DNA from: Takakia lepidozioides
Lineage: Eukaryota > Plantae > Bryophyta
NCBI GenBank assembly: GCA_030704615.1
Contig: CM060731.1
Span: 32,488,001-32,552,000, forward strand
Direction: 5' to 3'
Length of the DNA: 64,000 nucleotides
This document shows, piece after piece, positions 62,662 to 64,000 of the stretch (its first letter is position 1; each line of letters opens with the position of its first letter). The position numbers and the translations under genes are program-made. The notes beneath the pieces are model-generated. The model worked only from the letters and a program-made list of their open reading frames with translations. It was not told the DNA's origin and ran no database searches.

Positions 62662-64000
62662 TGTCCCTAATCCCCCTTTCCACAAGGTAGCCAAGTAGAG
62701 AACATGTTGTAGCTTATGGCTTAGACGACTAGGTTCATAATATAAACCTGCACCTGCATCCACCGCCAGCACTCCTATGGTCTGATGGTCATCAACCCAG
62801 CCTCACCACCGACAACATGCTCTAGGATTGGCCGGTGATCAAATCCGGACCAACCTCCTATAAAAACAAGCGCCTACACAAAATTGACATGACGCACAGT
62901 CAAGCATGTAGGTGTGGAAGGGATCCAAACACAAGAAAATCAAAACAATAACTCCCCCGCACCAAAAACACTCCACAGTGTCGCTCCTGCAAGACACCCC
63001 AGCCCAAACCCGGACTGACTCTTGCCTCCACCTACGGAAAGGTTTTGGCCTACAGAGATGGTGGAAGACTACAAGGAAGAGAGACTAAAGCAATTCCTAT
63101 CACAGCATGGTCTCATCCCACTACCCTATCTCCACATTTTTTTGCTTAAGCTTAAGCAATAGACAAGACCTTTCAAGGATCTCTCAAATAACTCTCTAAG
63201 AGCCCTCAAGATGTCCCTCAAACAATCTCACTAAGGCTCCCAAAGCTTGTACCATTGGACTCCAAATAGTCCACCAAAACCCCAAAAGCCTGCCAAATCT
63301 TGGCCCTCAAGGACCCCATCGAAATAATCCTTCAACAAGTCGTCAAAGACTCCTCAAGCTCGCCAAATGTTGGCCTCCAAGGACCCCAAATAGTCTTCCA
63401 AACAGCCCTCCACAGGCTCCAAAGACTTGTCCAAACTTGGCATTCAAGGACCCCAAATAGTCCTCCAAACAATCATCCAAACACCCCTTCAAGAGCTCTT
63501 CAAAATGCCTTACAAAAGCTCATCAGAGTGTAGATGTCCAAAAGCTCCTAAAAGGACCCCAAAGATCCCTCAAACAATCTTCCTAAAGGCCCTTGAAAAT
63601 CCCCTATATTGTCTTTATATGTCACTATGTTCCCAGCCTATAATGACCGTTCCCACATTACGATGATGGTTCCCACACTTTGGTGACCGTTCCTACACTA
63701 CAGTGACGGTTCCCAGACTACGATGACCGTTCCCAGACTTTGATGACCGTTCCTATACTACAGTGACGGTTCCTAGACTACGGTGACCGTTCCCATACTT
63801 TGGTGACTGTTCCCATGAATCTAGGGTTTCATGTGCATCTCATGTTAGGGTTTGTGCTTCCTAGCTTCATGCTTGATCTTCTCAAGCCTTCATGAGTTCC
63901 ATGTGATACCAAGACAAGCTCTTTTAATCTTCTTCACCTCAAGGTGCAACCAAACTTGGTTCCAACTCCTCTAGTAATGCATTTGCCACACAACAAGCTT
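62662..64000. mobile_element. Second family-B LTR-like copy running off the window, with a 21-bp minisatellite
   Basis: Starts TGTCCCTAA like 42056; (tgaccgttcccacact..)n array at 63643-63815. Confidence 0.6.

Overview
Eukaryotic, intron-containing land-plant DNA; the PLS/DYW-PPR, CER1, REV7 and B-box genes point to a plant, and a bryophyte-like source is an inference only. The window is dominated by nested, mostly degenerate transposable elements. Host genes are CER1-like exon 1 (minus strand, runs off the left edge), three REV7 exons and an intronless B-box gene with a C-terminal cyclin-box-like domain, plus PPR-DYW pseudogene debris. TE content: (1) a complete 9.1-kb Mutator-like element (6316-15431, TIRs plus 8-bp TSD CCAAAAAC) with a GCM-like/DDE/SWIM transposase, a central array of 30-bp GGCGCC-centred palindromes, and a divergent spliced cargo gene carrying the SAM-binding half of a beta-class N4C/N6A DNA methyltransferase; (2) a second, diverged element of the same layout (~44.5-54.6 kb) whose divergent cargo gene has a ParB/Srx-like DGNHR motif and whose introns carry a different 26-bp palindrome; (3) a Ty3/gypsy element with a C5-cytosine methyltransferase in frame upstream of RT; (4) a Plavaka-type transposase; (5) solo LTRs, chromovirus, LINE and SINE remnants. 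The best candidate for an undescribed system is the GCM-MULE transposon + ParB-like/amino-methyltransferase cargo + element-specific palindrome array. All family calls come from motif recognition by eye; no database search was run.
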